A stretch of DNA of 62,701 nt, filler included, from Globobulimina sp. (Eukaryota): NCBI GenBank assembly GCA_003354225.1. It is 25 parts of 25 records of this genome, joined end to end, with 100 filler letters (N's around TTAATTAATTAA, not from the genome) between each part and the next. Parts side by side here need not be neighbours in the genome. Positions count along the whole stretch, not along the records: positions 10,057 to 12,470 come from PIVH01006825.1; positions 12,571 to 14,984 come from PIVH01006826.1; positions 15,085 to 17,497 come from PIVH01006827.1; positions 17,598 to 20,010 come from PIVH01006828.1; positions 20,111 to 22,523 come from PIVH01006829.1; 20 more parts are not named here. One strand, 5' to 3'. Both the position numbers and the translations under genes were made by a program. The notes under the pieces were generated by a model. That model had not been told where the DNA came from and ran no database searches. It saw only the letters and a list, made by a program, of their open reading frames with translations. Below, in pieces: positions 10,059-20,455 of this stretch. Positions within the stretch are counted from its first letter, which is position 1. Every line of letters starts with the position of its first letter.

Positions 10059-11096
10059 ATGGTGAAAAACAGTATTCCTATTGGTGGCACCTACAGTGCG
10101 CTTGCAATCATCCACAACCACAATCATCCAAGCTGGAGACCCAAAAAAACACCCATTAATTATATTTTTGTGAGTGTAGGATCTTCGACATCCCAGGGAT
10201 TTGCTGTAGTTAATGATAAATTTCAACCTTTGCAATTTCCGACATTTGGTGCATTGACCAAAAATCTTGAACGTCAAACAGAAAACGTCGGAACGTTTGT
10301 CGATGAGGTTGAAAAACAAAGAGATCGAATATTTGGTGGTATTGCCGCGAATATACCTGTTATTTTAACAGGATCCATCGGGTATGGGGTCCATACACAA
10401 TTTGAAGACAATGGATTTGATGAACATTGGTTATCATTTAACGGAGCTCAAATATCACGTTATGGTCCTAAAGTAGTGTGGGAGCAAAATGAAAAAGAAT
10501 ATGTAAACAAGATCAGTGAAAAGGCATTTACAGCAGCTGCTGCGGTTAGTTTATTGCAAGAAAAAGTCAGTACAACAGATATCAAGATGTTTGTTCAAGT
10601 GCGAGGAAAAAAGGATCCACAAAATTCATGGGCTCAGTATTTAGCGAGCCAGAAACAAAAAGCTGTCGCAGATGTTGGTGGTGGACCAAGCAAACATGTG
10701 TGGGATGTAAATGGTGTGGATCATAAAGCCACAAAAGACGATGTAAATACATTGTTTGCTGCTGCATGTACGGCATCAGCGGGCGACCCCAGTGGTGAAG
10801 CTATCAAATTAGCACAACATATTAAGAGAATGGTGGAAGAAACAGTGACAGGGCAAACAATATTATTGCAAGACATATTTATTGCAATAACAGGAGATCT
10901 GAGAAACGAGTATTTTAAATCTGGTAAAGACAGTCAAGCTGAGGAAAGTAATGTTTTCCCTACACTAACACCTGCACAATTAACACGAGAAATAGCAAAA
11001 GCAAAAGCAAAATATGAACACTTTATGCAAGAAAGAGAGTCGTTGAGAGAGTCCGCTGCAAGTATTGCTGCAGAATTACAAGCAGCAGTGGTGTGA
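10059..11096 (+). CDS. Hypothetical protein, possibly ASKHA (Ppx/GppA or apyrase-like) fold, probably 5' partial
   Basis: 345 aa ORF with IFVSVGSSTSQ, VADVGGG and AITGDLR motifs, then a C-terminal coiled coil. The fold call is weak. Confidence 0.45.
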   Translation: MVKNSIPIGGTYSALAIIHNHNHPSWRPKKTPINYIFVSVGSSTSQGFAVVNDKFQPLQFPTFGALTKNLERQTENVGTFVDEVEKQRDRIFGGIAANIPVILTGSIGYGVHTQFEDNGFDEHWLSFNGAQISRYGPKVVWEQNEKEYVNKISEKAFTAAAAVSLLQEKVSTTDIKMFVQVRGKKDPQNSWAQYLASQKQKAVADVGGGPSKHVWDVNGVDHKATKDDVNTLFAAACTASAGDPSGEAIKLAQHIKRMVEETVTGQTILLQDIFIAITGDLRNEYFKSGKDSQAEESNVFPTLTPAQLTREIAKAKAKYEHFMQERESLRESAASIAAELQAAVV

Positions 11097-11138
11097 TTAT
11101 GATTGTTTGTATTGTTTGTGTTGTTACTTGTTATGCTA

Positions 11139-12014
11139 TTAATTCCCTTCTTTTTGTGTATTTGCCCCAGTCCCCGGAGAGTCTGTGTCCTCACTGACTA
11201 ATGATTTTATTGATAACAACGACTTATTCCGCTTCTCAATATCATAAACACCCCATCTCAATAAACAACTGTCATCCACATATTTTAATGCTTTACCTTT
11301 CACATTTTCCTGCGTACAGCCTTTAGTGATCAGCGTCTGATACTCCTTAAATGCGCCATTATCAACACTACAAATCCAATAAATAACATCTGTCACAATC
11401 CATTCTTTCCAATTTGATAACAATTTCCAATGACTATTTAACACGGTCAGTGTCAACCGACTCAGACTTTTTTCAATCTCCGTCATTTCTTGCAATAAGT
11501 TCATATTTTCATGCAAGATATTTTGGGTTAATTCTAATTTATTCGCTTGACCAAACTGATTGTTATCATTCTTTTTCTCCTCAATATCATTGCTTGATAT
11601 CATATGATTTAAACATTGCATAAGTTTCAATTGTTTTAATTGCAATGAATATGATTCCCGCATTACTTTATTAATATTTTTATCATTGATATCGTTATAT
11701 TTTGCATTATAAATAATATTTAATTCATTGCTTAGTTTATCACCTCGTTGATTGTGATGTTGTTTCACACCGCATCCAAAGCTTTAAAGTTTAAATTGAA
11801 TTAAACATTGAATTTATTTATCGGCTAAAGTGAATATAACAAACCAATAATCGAATCCATTTGAGTGTAATGCTATTTTCTCGCGTTTGGGGCAATGAAA
11901 TGTATATTCTTCTTTATCCATTGGTTTTTTACAACCATCACACCATGCTACTGATGTCTGATATGCGCTCATTATATGTTTTATTGTCATCTGAGTGTCA
12001 CATATACATTTCAC
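11139..12014 (-). CDS. Cys/His-finger + coiled-coil + SAM-like protein (spliced)
   Basis: Upstream exon CDGC..FHCP..H..GFD; downstream W...DVIYWI...ENVKGKAL...L..WGV (SAM-like). Probable intron at ~11785-11845. Confidence 0.6.
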
Positions 12015-12193
12015 TGGGAACTAAACAGTCAACACATACATATTTATATATATTTAACAAATTATTCATATCAATACAAAATAACATGTTTCGCAACAGA
12101 TTCCAACGCCTTTTGTGCGAGGTCCACAGGTATTATTTGTGAATGAGCCATAGTTTATTTCATCAATCCAAAAAACTTCTCTGCAGTCTACTA

Positions 12194-12336
12194 CTTTAGA
12201 ATAGGATGTTTGGAACACATTGTTTTTAAAATCCGCAAATTCGCAAGTCGTTTTGTTGGGGGAGATGGTGATGACCTCTCCATAGGTTTTAAAATGTTTC
12301 TAAAACGCGGTGTTTCAAACAGGTCCTATTCTAAAG
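12194..12336. mobile_element. MITE-like element, 143 bp
   Basis: The left end CTTTAGAATAGGA--TGTTTGGAACAC matches the reverse complement of the right end, CTTTAGAATAGGACCTGTTTGAAACAC. Flanks are TA and CA. Confidence 0.65.
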
Positions 12337-12590
12337 CACATTGATCATGTTGACAGTATTACATATTTTTTTTTCACTTGCAAGAAAACTTTGTGCGCGT
12401 TGTTCATTTCCATGGTGAGCGTCGTTATTTCGACGGGTGGGAGCCTAATTTAGGTTGTTTGTGTTTTCAANNNNNNNNNNNNNNNNNNNNNNNNNNNNNN
12501 NNNNNNNNNNNNNNTTAATTAATTAANNNNNNNNNNNNNNNNNNNNNNNNNNNNNNNNNNNNNNNNNNNNTAAATAAAACAAATATAAAA

Positions 12591-14234
12591 TTATCGGGCT
12601 AAATGGTTCCGCGAAGCGGAACGGGTTAACTAGTTACATAAATTACAAACATAGGGTGGATCTGGGATGGGTTTCCAAGCATAACGACGGGTACGTCTGT
12701 CAGGGTACAATTCTCTTTGCTTAACAATTTTAAGATGCTAATAAACTGGTCCTTGGGGACTAAGGGGATTAAAAATGGTTTCGTATTGTGCATCACACTT
12801 AATACAAGTAGCAAATTTTTCCCAGCTAAATTCACCCAATGTGGCTGAAATTGTCTTAATTTTCGACTGACTTTCCTTATTTAGTTTAGGAAATAGTTGG
12901 TGGAGCTTATTAATTTCAACCCTCTGCCCTTTTGGTGTCACATTATCATATGCTACTTCAAACTCCCTCAAAAATGTATGCAAAGGTGTTTCACCCTGAA
13001 CTAATTTCTCAAGCACAGAAACATAGAAATCATGTTGAGCACCCGGATTGCTATAATCCCTTTGCAATTGATCGAAAAATTTCTTATTATTGCCCTGTTT
13101 ATAACGACAAAATGAACGGTATTTTTCCTTAGGGGCACGCCGTAAAAAATTTGGAAATTTTCGCATAAAAAGTTTGTTATTGTTTCGGAAATGTAATTTA
13201 CAGTTTTGGACCCAATTTTCAAATAGTTCATTTTGTAACCCTTGAAAAATGCACTCATCAGGTATGTTATCCAAGTCAACTGCAGAACTACTCAGTGTGG
13301 TGGAATTTAGTTGTTTATAATTTCCATAACAAGTATCTCTACTTATTGTACTATCAGCCTGATCTGGATACATACTTTGTGACTGCAAAAACATGGTTTC
13401 CTGACTAATGATGGATGTCTCAGGGCTTGGTAACTGTTTGTTAACTTCCAAATTCTCACTGTCATCACATTCTGATAATAAGTTACCTGTCTCAGGATGA
13501 GCTATTAAACCATGATAAGGGTCATTTTGTATCGATGGGAGGCAAGTTGATTGATTTGTTTGTCTACGCAGGATTTCTGGTTTGACAACATCATTTTCTG
13601 GATGGAATACTTCTTGCCGGACTGAATGTTGTTCTGTTGACTCTACATTTCCCGGTTGGCTTGATGATTTTGTTGAATGATTGCTTTCCCTTTAATAATA
13701 GCCACTCAATTCACTGTACCTTGAAATAAAAGATTTGCATTGTTCAATAAAAACCTTCGGTACCAATTTATTTACTAAATCGTTCTCCAAAATCTCTGAG
13801 CCTACTTTAACTACGGAATGTGGTATGGGAATAGTTATTGGCTTTTGATGTTGTATACTACTAATTGATTGAGTAAAAACTCCAGTATCACTAGATAAAT
13901 CAAGCCTATTATTTACTGATCGTGGTCTGGCTGTATTTTGACTAAAACATTGGCTAGAAGTAATTGAAGAGCCAATACCAGTAGTTTCGGTGGCTTTAGA
14001 ATACGACGGACTAAAAACATCTATTTTTACATCATTACTAGGCAACATGCACAAGGCGGACGGAATATCTATGCTGTTATTTGAAACGGTCGGACTAGGA
14101 ACATTAGTTTTACGATTTTGTCTACTAAAAGAATCAATTTCACTATAAGGCTGTGCTCTCCTATGATGCCATTTATTAGTTTGTTTCCTTTCTTGCCAAT
14201 GCAATTTCTCCTTATTCTCTGACATAAATGACAT
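12591..14234 (-). pseudogene. gag-like ORF interrupted by in-frame stops
   Basis: ORFs 13692-14234 and 12738-13451 share one frame. Stops are TAA 13692, TAG 12738, TAG 12630 and TAA 12591, and the frame is open between them. Confidence 0.65.
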
Positions 14235-14454
14235 TTCTCAAATATTTTATTGCAATTTGTACACATATACAATAATAAGGCACCCTAATTTCAGATCACA
14301 ATAACCGACTTTTAATAATATTAACAAGATACTGCTCGAGATCGCTCTCCGCATTCAATAATAGAATACACCAACAAGAAATATACTAACAAAAAATATA
14401 CTTTCTGATCTCTCTTGATATTTTCGGCAGGCAAGACCGCAACACAGGAACGGA

Positions 14455-14468
14455 CACTGCTATCACCA
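14455..14468 (-). promoter_or_regulatory. tRNA primer-binding site (TGGTGATAGCAGTG)
   Basis: Complementary to a tRNA 3' end CACUGCUAUCA-CCA (resembles tRNA-Leu). It lies 3 nt after a CA-ending LTR-like terminus at 14472. Confidence 0.7.
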
Positions 14469-15084
14469 ATTTGTAACAGTATAGCTTATGTATGTACTAT
14501 CAATATACGCTCGGTTCTCCCGATGCATATATGTATGAAAGCACTATACTGTAGGCTAATAACTAATTACAATGACGGTTGGTAGCATGAGCCAGATGTT
14601 CTGATGACGGAGGCTTGAGATCGAACCGCTTCCGGCTGTGGAGAAGCCAAGTCTGCCTTGTTGTATTCTTCTTGTGGCGCCGACGATCGAGCACAAAGCC
14701 ACTGCTATGATGACGGAAGAGTCGGTTAAAAGGTGTCAAAGCCACAGCCCAAAGCACTCTTTTATAACAGGGAATGGTCAACAGCACAGTAGACGAGTCA
14801 TAACAATAATAGTAGACCAATAATAATCAGAGAACAATCAAGACTGAATAACATAAGAATGAATGATGGATAATAGATCGTTTATTATCGAATCCAGTTT
14901 CATTAGTATGATGCATTGTTCTGGCCAGTGATAGTCAAATTTATGTTGGATCACGCCATCTGCAGATTAGGGGCTGGGCTGGCTNNNNNNNNNNNNNNNN
15001 NNNNNNNNNNNNNNNNNNNNNNNNNNNNTTAATTAATTAANNNNNNNNNNNNNNNNNNNNNNNNNNNNNNNNNNNNNNNNNNNN

Positions 15085-15232
15085 GTAATGGTATTACTTC
15101 TGTACTGTCTGGATTTAATGTTACAACTGAATCATTATATGCTGCAGTTTTGGGACTTAACAAAGTTTGTTTTGTTATAATAGCAGCAGTAACAGCAATA
15201 TGTAGACATATGACTAACCAAAGTGACGACAT
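15085..15232 (-). CDS. Secreted/membrane protein N-terminus, 3' partial
   Basis: Signal-peptide-like MSSLWLVICLHIAVTA, running into the contig edge. Confidence 0.55.
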
Positions 15233-15488
15233 GATGCAAGATAACTAAAAAATAAAGATACTTGAAGCACCAAAAGAATCCGCATCATCTGCGCATTAAT
15301 GTATGAATAATTGTGATCGAAATGTCTGGCTGCTATTTTTTATCAAAAAACGTCAACAAAAAAATGCAAAAAACAAAAAATAATTATTTATTATTATTTA
15401 ACACACTACTAAATATTACAAAATATTTCAAGTACTAGTATATTACAGCTACATTTTATAAAAACGTACACATTTAACGAGCGAGTTA

Positions 15489-17482
15489 TTATTGAAGTGT
15501 TGTTGTAAAATTATTGACACCATTCATATTTATATCATCTAAAAGATCGTCATCATTTTCATCCTCATCATCAATAAAAACAGCACCTTTTCCACCACCC
15601 GGTGTCATCATTTGTATTTGTTTTAGAATATCCGAATCATCGTCGCTTGCTCCTCCTTCCTCTAACTTATCAACAGAATCCTCATTATCATTATTCATAA
15701 GATCACTCATAAGATCCTCATCATTTTCATTTATATTATAATCGCCATAATCAGTCATGTTCACAACATCATCATCACCGCCAATAATAATGTCATCCCC
15801 ACCGCACGTAATATCAAAATCGAAATTATCACTTACTCCGCCTACTCCTACTCCTACTCCGCCTTCCTGTAACTCGACAGAATCGCCACTGTCTCCATTT
15901 ATATTATCACCACCAATAATAATATCAGTGCCGCCATGTGGTGTCATAACTTGATTTATAATATCAATGTCAAAATCGTCATCAATTCCTCCACGTCCTC
16001 CTCCTTCCTGTAACTCAACTGCATTATTTTCAAGATTATCTACAGAATCTTCATTATCACTGTTTATATCATTTCCTTTTGTAATACAATTATCATTGGT
16101 TGCACTTAACACGTCGTCATCACTACACTCACTCCATTCATCTGCATTGACCACAAATTGCTGGTTTAAAAAACAAATCATATATTTTTTTGTGTCGAAA
16201 ACTGAAAACGAAATCTAAACTTTAGTAACAAAATCAGACTGAATAACTTCATCATTATTATTTACTTTATTTCCCTCACCATGGACATGGACATGGTCAC
16301 TATGTACATCTAATATCATATCATGTAAATGACGCGATTCACGCCCTTTTGCCATTGCTAATTCTTCACCATTGCAATTTGAATTATTCTTCATTGATAT
16401 TTGAACCATTTTGCCATCTATAAATTTATTATTCTCAGCTGTATTAATATTAGTCATTGATATTTGCGTTCCGCCATTAATCGCACGATCGTCTCCGCTG
16501 AGTCCGCTATCCATCCCAGATACGGATGTAACTTTACTATGTTGATTAATATCGGTAAATAAGTCCATTGTAATTTTGCTTCTCCGTTTTTTAGAATAAC
16601 GGCAACAAAAATATACCCCAATAAGTGCACAAAATAAAACCGACAACGCCCCGACGACAATAACTAATATCCCGGATACACTGCCTGTATTTGCAAGTAT
16701 TGTATCATTCTGTACACGCGTTGTATTTGAATTTATATCTGTATTTATATCGCTTGAGTCACCACCTTCACCTTCGCCGCCAACTTCACCGGATCTAAAT
16801 GTTGGACTTTTAGTTGGATGCTTTGTCGGATTGGTTGTTGGATCATGTGTGGGGTCAATGGTTGGATCAATACTTGGGTCAGATGTTGGATCTGTTGTGG
16901 GGTCGATTGTAGGGTCAACGCTTGGATCATTGGTAGGGTCCGCTGTAGGATCAGCGGTTGGGTCGTTGCTAGGATCATTCGTCGGACCTCCAGTTGGGTT
17001 TTTTGTTGGTGATTTTGTAGGTGTTTTGCTAGGTATCGCGGTAGGACTGGTTGGGCTTACTGTTGGTGCTGCAGTTGGCATTGTGGTTGGTGTTGCTGTT
17101 GGTCTTTTTGTTGGTGTTAGTGTCTAAATCAAATATTTATTTGTATATATTATAATGGAGTTTAGTCAATAAACACACTGATTATATATGTACGTAAATA
17201 AAGTGACTGTTTTTATATATGTACCGGTCGAGGAGTGGGTATAAAATCAGCAATTACTTTCATATTATCCCAACTGCAGTAATCGCAGCACTTATTGCTA
17301 GCATCAACCGTTTCGAATTTGACTCCAAAATATGGATTATTATCAGCAGCGCTGTTGCAATATTCTAATACATCTGTTTCGAATAAATTGTTCGTAGTGT
17401 GGTCGCCCACTGTTATCCAACTGCCGCCATTATTCGTTGAATATTTGACATAAACTATGAAATATATATACGTAATAATCAT
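15489..17482 (-). CDS. Type I membrane protein with PT-repeat stalk and acidic repetitive cytoplasmic tail (multi-exon, 5' partial)
   Basis: Exons at ~17225-17455, ~16220-17125 and 15489-~16161. PTxD/PTxS repeats, TM segment ILVIVVGALSVLFCALIGVYF, D/N/G-rich tail with duplicated VELQEGG and NEDSVDxLE. Confidence 0.75.
16800..17125 (-). repeat. Coding 12-bp-period PT repeat (PTxDPTxD)
   Basis: More than 20 tetrapeptide units; recurring GTTGG on the + strand. Confidence 0.9.
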
Positions 17483-17828
17483 ATTAAATTATAGAAANNN
17501 NNNNNNNNNNNNNNNNNNNNNNNNNNNNNNNNNNNNNNNNNTTAATTAATTAANNNNNNNNNNNNNNNNNNNNNNNNNNNNNNNNNNNNNNNNNNNNATT
17601 GGTGCCAGCCTGCTATCATATAGATTTCTTTTGCTTTCGGTTTTTCCCATAGATTGATTAGTTTGTTCATTGTGCCTCACTTTCGGGTGCGTCCCCAAAT
17701 TTTGGTGAGCGCAGGGGCGCGGGGGGGGGATTCGGGGGATATCCCCTCCAGTTTGTCCCGATTTCCTGAAATCTGGGTCACACCCCTCACTTTCTTTAGA
17801 AATTATAGGCGAAGTTTTTTTATTCTAG

Positions 17829-18145
17829 GTTCATTACAAGTCACGTTGAGCATTTTGGTCGTTGATAAATATGGAAAGTTTTGGGCTTTGGAAATTAATC
17901 AAACACCTACGATGTTTAACGACCACGCTTTCGGAATTAAAAAATTGATGAAAGATATAGTGAGGGAGTCTATTGACATTGTAATGGAAATCAGAGATTT
18001 GAAAATGAAGGGGAACATTGCTAATCAATATACACCATTGAAGACGCCCAAATTGTGGAGGAAAGCGTTTTTGGAGTATAGGCAATCCGCGGTGCAGATT
18101 GTTGATGGACTTATGAATAATATTGACCTGTTTCTGAGGGAGTAA
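17829..18145 (+). CDS. Tubulin-tyrosine ligase (TTL/TTLL)-like ATP-grasp C-terminal exon
   Basis: VVDKYGKFWALEINQTP resembles the D..L.PWLLEVN..P signature; preceded by a TTCTAG acceptor at 17828. Confidence 0.5.
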
Positions 18146-18206
18146 GACTGTACTAAAAGGTTTTTTTTGATAAACAGAATGTTATAAAAAACAGAGAAAA
18201 AAAAAA

Positions 18207-20010
18207 CTATTTTATTCCGGCAGCACCAGTCCCAAATTTGACAGATATCACATGTTTGTCATCTACAATATTATTCTGCTCCAAAGTGCTGTCTGATAGT
18301 AACTTCTGCAGTTTATAATAACAATGTATGTCATTAATATCTGCAGCAACACCAGACTGCACTTTATACAATGTCTTGATATATTGGATAGTCGCATATT
18401 TTGTCACCTTTTCATCCAATACCAAATGCTTTTCATGGCTAAAAATATTGATTGTAAATGTTTTGCTAAAATTTGCAATTTCCTGACAAATATTTCCCGG
18501 CAATTGTTGATTATCTGCAATCTCAAATGCATCTGCAACATCTTGTGCAGTTTTTAATAACTGAATATCTTTCCCAGTACACCCACATTTGGTAACTTTA
18601 TCCAATATTTTGCCTTCCAATTTTTTTGGTAACGTCATACTTTTTACCCAACTCAAAACATCATCATTCTTCCATTTTGACATTTTTATATGTCGCCAAT
18701 TGTTAACATTAATGATTGCATCGCTTGGATTATAAACAGGATCATATCCTTTGCGATCTTTCGATTTTTTAATTTTTAACGTTAGTATAACAAGTAACGT
18801 TATTATCAAACTGCCAATAACAAACAAAACGATTTCAGTAACACTGAATGCATGGCCTCCTTCTGCCCATTGAGTCACATAAACAGTCGAAGTCGCATTG
18901 TGTTCCGTGTTTCTATCATTTTTTGTATCTGTTGTCGAATAATTTTGTGCAGAAACAGTTGGATTACGTTTTGTGGTGCTTTGATATGTTGTTATTGGCG
19001 GAGTGCTTTCCATTTTATGAATTTCATCTCCATCATTAATACCAATTATATTATACGGTAAAATTGCATATAAAGCATTTGAAGAATGCAATATTGTTAT
19101 TTCTGATACACATTTAGAATATGATAGATTCCGTTTGTTTAAATTGTTTGATAGAGTGAGTTCTGTGATATTAAACCATTGGCTGTTAAGAAATATGTAA
19201 GTTTTGGCACCAATCTTGGTCATAATCACCATAAAATTTAAAGTGTCAACAGTATGGTCGTCACTATAGCATTGAATTAAATCATTATCCATCATATTAG
19301 CATCAGAATCAATTAACATGGTGCAATCTATATCATTTTGATGATGCGAATATAATTCATTATTTGCTATGAAAGTAAACGTTGTTTTGATATTATTCTT
19401 TAACTCCATACATAACTGAAATAAATCTAGATTGCTCCACAAAAACGTGATATTGTCGAAACGTTTTTTGTTTTCCATTTCAAACAACGATATTCCATCC
19501 AATGATGCATCGAATTTCATCGTAACGCCGCCGATAATTTGCGCGCCACCACCACAGTCACAACATGTTTGTATTGCATTTAATCCATAAACATAATCAG
19601 TGTGAGATATAAAGTTTTGTATATTTACATTTTGATTGATTGTATTATTATGGCACCATCCATATTCGACATAATAATAACACGAATCACCAGCTGCATC
19701 TGTCCAATCAGCTGGATAATTAACACAATAATTCTTATCCCCTTTAATTGCAACATAATTGTTATTGTTATGCTCTTGATGTAACTTACATTGTTTGTCG
19801 AAAATGTAACAGCGAGAATCTGTATCTGATTTACTATTTTCTAAATAATTCACCATTTCACATTTATCACCATATTGTAAGACGCAAACATCATATTTGA
19901 ATTCATCATAATTTATATTATATATCAAATCAATGGATTCGCTTAATCTCTCACAGGTATATGACCCATTCGCGTCTATTATTTTATATGGTGATGCGGT
20001 TGGAGCAGAA
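18207..20010 (-). CDS. Type I membrane protein: Cys-rich ectodomain, TM, SAM-like and ubiquitin-like cytoplasmic domains (5' partial)
   Basis: WTD..GDSC..Y...WC...CCDCGGG module; TM IVLFVIGSLIITLLVIL; WKNDDVLSWV..TGKDI (SAM-like); TIQYIK..K..SGV..DSTLEQNNI (UBL-like). Confidence 0.7.
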
Positions 20011-20455
20011 NNNNNNNNNNNNNNNNNNNNNNNNNNNNNNNNNNNNNNNNNNNNTTAATTAATTAANNNNNNNNNNNNNNNNNNNNNNNNNNNNNNNNNN
20101 NNNNNNNNNNGATAGATTTTTGCCGGATTCTAGCATATGAAAGAAAAGACAAATCTATGCAATAAAGGTAAAATTTGTCGTCTATGAGGTGAGAACCCTG
20201 ATATAAAGTTTTTCTTGAAGTGAGCTAGTCGTCCTCAAAATACCGCATATTATGAATCAATCAAACAACCATTCAAAATTAAAGCAAAAAAAGCAAGGAA
20301 ACGAAATTAAAATAAATAAAAAGAGAAGGAAAGAAATTAAATATAAAACACACACATATAAAAAAAATAAAACTAATTATAAATAATTCTAAAATAATAA
20401 AAAAAATAATCATATTCAACCAATGTTGCTTATTTGAATGTAAATCCGATCATCC

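Larger units (their letters stand above)
12571..14571 (-). mobile_element. 5' end of an LTR retrotransposon: LTR end, PBS, leader and degenerate gag
   Basis: The minus strand reads ..TGTTACA-AAT-TGGTGATAGCAGTG, followed by one long frame with gag-like LVQGETPLHTFLREF and a CNLC..H knuckle-like motif. Confidence 0.7.

Noticed and set aside
14598-14640. CTGATGA hammerhead-like core (also TGATGACGGA at ~14708)
   Set aside because: No GAAA with a proper stem II and no closing stems I/III.
14966-14984. TTAGGGGCTGGGCTGGCT at a contig end as a telomere
   Set aside because: A single degenerate unit with no tandem array.
16818-17127. Antisense V/G-rich ORFs over PT repeats (also 35992-36267 and 15514-16218)
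   Set aside because: Shadow frames of repetitive coding sequence.
20111-20250. Short inverted matches (ATAGATTT/AAATCTAT; TATGAGGT/ACCGCATA)
   Set aside because: At most 8 bp in AT-rich DNA; compatible with chance.
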